Notes under the pieces: model-generated
Databases searched by the model: none
Seen by the model: the letters and a program-made list of their open reading frames with translations, nothing else
What the model was told of the DNA's origin: nothing
Part shown: one piece after another, positions 40,635-42,338 of the stretch
Numbering within the stretch: the stretch's first letter is position 1
Layout: each line of letters opens with the position of its first letter
From: Candidatus Sumerlaeales bacterium
GTDB lineage: Bacteria > Sumerlaeota > Sumerlaeia > Sumerlaeales > Sumerlaeaceae
DNA length: 42,338 nucleotides
Assembly: GCA_038243585.1 (NCBI GenBank)
Contig: JBBSQY010000028.1
Location: 1-42,338, forward strand
Direction of reading: 5' to 3'
Program-made: the position numbers and the translations under genes

Positions 40635-40743
40635 AGGGCCGAAGGTCCGTACGCATACTGCGAAGCAGCAAGATCTCTTACCAGCCTGGGCCGAAGGCCC
40701 AGGTACAGAAAGCTTCCGTGCCAAGGCTGAAAGCGAGATGCAT
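40635..40743 (+). repeat. Compound-hairpin repeat copy A
   Basis: AGGGCCGAAGGTCC..CCTGGGCCGAAGGCCCAGG..GGCTGAAAGC..ATGCAT, with a 23-nt extra segment. Confidence 0.85.
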
Positions 40744-40792
40744 GGCTGTTAATTCTTAGCGGTTAATGTTAGTTTATAGAGGATTTCATTTT

Positions 40793-40879
40793 AGGGCCGA
40801 AGGTCCGTACGCATACCAGCCTGGGCCGAAGGCCCAGGTACAGAAAGCTTCCCCTGCCAGGGCTGAAAGCCCGATGCAT
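40793..40879 (+). repeat. Compound-hairpin repeat copy B (direct repeat of A)
   Basis: Same hairpin series without the 23-nt segment; ends 4 nt from the tnpA stop. Confidence 0.85.
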
Positions 40880-40883
40880 GGCG

Positions 40884-41336
40884 CTATCCCCAAACATATT
40901 GTTCCTCATATTGCACTTCATACTCTTGCAAGAACTTCCGAAACTCGTCCTGAAATGTCACACGCCGGTGATGTTCCTCTTGTGAATCTATATAGGTCAC
41001 CAATTCTTTAAGGTAACGTGGACTCACCGAAAATGCGCCATAACCGCTCTGCCAGGCGAACGTCTCCAAACCTGGAGCTAAAGGTTTTATCCATTTTGAT
41101 GAGGTGGTTTTTAGTTCTTCAATTATACCGGAAACCGTAGCAGTGCTTTTTAACCGGACGGCCAGGTGGACATGATCATCAATTCCGCCAACACGATAGC
41201 ACTCAGAACCGGACGCCCGGACCACTCCGGCGAGGTAGGCATGGAGCTTTGGACGAACAGATTCAATAATGAATGGTCGACGCTCCTTGGTGCTGAAGAT
41301 GATATGGACGAGAATAAACGACAACGATTGTGCCAT
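40884..41336 (-). mobile_element. tnpA: IS200/IS605-family Y1 HUH transposase (TnpA), no tnpB
   Basis: HIIFSTKERRP, DHVHL (HUH), FAWQSGYGAFSVS, YIDSQEEHH (catalytic Tyr, Gln); 150 aa. Confidence 0.9.
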
Positions 41337-41416
41337 TGGTTCCTCCGAAAAAGATAGAATACGTACTTATAAGTTCGAAGTTGGTCAAGTGAAATACTGC
41401 CATTAAAAGTTGGGAT

Positions 41417-41527
41417 ATGCATCGGGCTTTCAGCCCTTGGTGTTTAAGAGGTTTTTTACCTGGGCCTGCGGCCCAGGCTGGTAAGAGATCTTGCTGCTTC
41501 GCAGTATGCAGACGGACCTTCGGCCCT
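41417..41527 (-). repeat. Compound-hairpin repeat copy C (inverted relative to A and B)
   Basis: Reverse complement reads AGGGCCGAAGGTCCGTCTGCATACTGCGAAGCAGCAAGATCTCTTACCAGCCTGGGCCGCAGGCCCAGG..AGGGCTGAAAGCCCGATGCAT. Confidence 0.85.
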
Positions 41528-41769
41528 AAAGGATGTTTAGAGATTTGTATGGACCTTCAGGGTAACAGGATATTTTAGATGTGAACTGACCTTCGACCCG
41601 GGCTTGTTTGCATACAGACTTTTGGCCGTCATAGATGTTGGTAGAACTAGATTTAGACTGTGGCCCAACTAATTTAGATAATGTCTTGCTTCGCGGTAGG
41701 GAAACGATCCTTCGGCCTTATGGTCTGCAATACCTGTCAAACTCTGCTGGTCCAGGAACGTATTACCCG

Positions 41770-42338
41770 CTACGTCCTGTAAGCCCCGTTTATCTCGATG
41801 TACTTCTCCGTCAGGTCACAGGTCCAGACTGTAGCTGATTCGTTGCCGGCATTTAGATCCACCGCTATTTTAATTTCTTCTTCCCCAAGTATCACCAGCG
41901 CCCGGTCCTCGTCAAATGACTGAGGCGTTCCCTCTCGCATAAGTTCCAAACCGCCCAGGGAGATGTCTGTTTTTGTCGGATCAAATTCGACCCCACTATT
42001 GCCCAGGGCACAGGCGATGCGGCCCCAATTGGCGTCTCGTCCATAGATTGCGGTTTTTACCAGGGGAGAATTGGCCACAGCCATGGCTGCCTTCCGCGCT
42101 TCCGCAAACGTCGGCGCGCCGGCCACGGTGATTTCCACCAGGTGTGAAGCCCCTTCGCCGTCACGGGCCAGCTTGCGGGCGAGTTCGGTCAGCACGTTCA
42201 TCAGGGCCGTTTCAAACGGATGCAACGCCGGCCCGTCCGGTTCTATATGGACTGTTGACGCCCCGTTGGCCAGAAGGATGGCCGTATCGTTGGTGCTGGT
42301 GTCGCCGTCCACGGTAACGCAGTTAATGGTGCGGTCAA
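41770..42338 (-). CDS. argJ: Ornithine acetyltransferase/N-acetylglutamate synthase, 3' part (5' end outside the window)
   Basis: TVDGDTSTND, DGEGA, SPLVKTA..G.DANWGR, WTCDLT..YI.ING.YRT; frame open to the window edge. Confidence 0.93.
   Translation of the reverse strand, partial: DRTINCVTVDGDTSTNDTAILLANGASTVHIEPDGPALHPFETALMNVLTELARKLARDGEGASHLVEITVAGAPTFAEARKAAMAVANSPLVKTAIYGRDANWGRIACALGNSGVEFDPTKTDISLGGLELMREGTPQSFDEDRALVILGEEEIKIAVDLNAGNESATVWTCDLTEKYIEINGAYRT

Noticed and set aside
41337..41769. TnpB/IscB or omega-RNA module beside tnpA
   Set aside because: No RuvC-like ORF on either side; short ORFs here and at 40766..41011 are translations of repeats or antisense sequence

Overview
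Bacterial chromosomal window of moderate GC, mostly housekeeping genes, with no phage, integrase or CRISPR system. The left 12.5 kb holds a DNA-damage-repair neighbourhood. It contains a PA0069/Rv2578c-type radical SAM gene, with a GAAC-N4-GTTC SOS-like box upstream and a C-terminal QLDLF clamp motif. It also contains all four genes of the ligase-associated DNA damage response cassette (MBL exonuclease, ATP-dependent ligase, Lhr-type helicase, PdeM phosphoesterase). That cassette is split into two pairs by about 5.2 kb carrying hglS, a secreted protein with a sigma54-type promoter, a GsuK-like K+ channel and a methyltransferase. Next come a GTAG-REP tandem array, a secreted sulfatase with a VxDWxLY-like tail, clpB (sigma54-like promoter), HDAC, murC, a GT4/methyltransferase/flippase cassette, a stand-alone tRNA-Ile(GAT), PBP1A, hisC and pyrB. 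The right part has two tiny Cys/Pro-rich lipoprotein genes insulated by terminators, pfp/tpiA/gap, VWA, FG-GAP and NAGPA-domain genes, a lone IS200-type Y1 transposase bracketed by three compound-hairpin repeats, and the 3' part of argJ. Best novelty candidates: the mini-lipoprotein pair, the tnpA plus repeat locus, the VxDWxLY tail, and the rearranged, possibly SOS-controlled repair cluster. Family calls come from motifs read by eye and from recalled family features; no database search was run.
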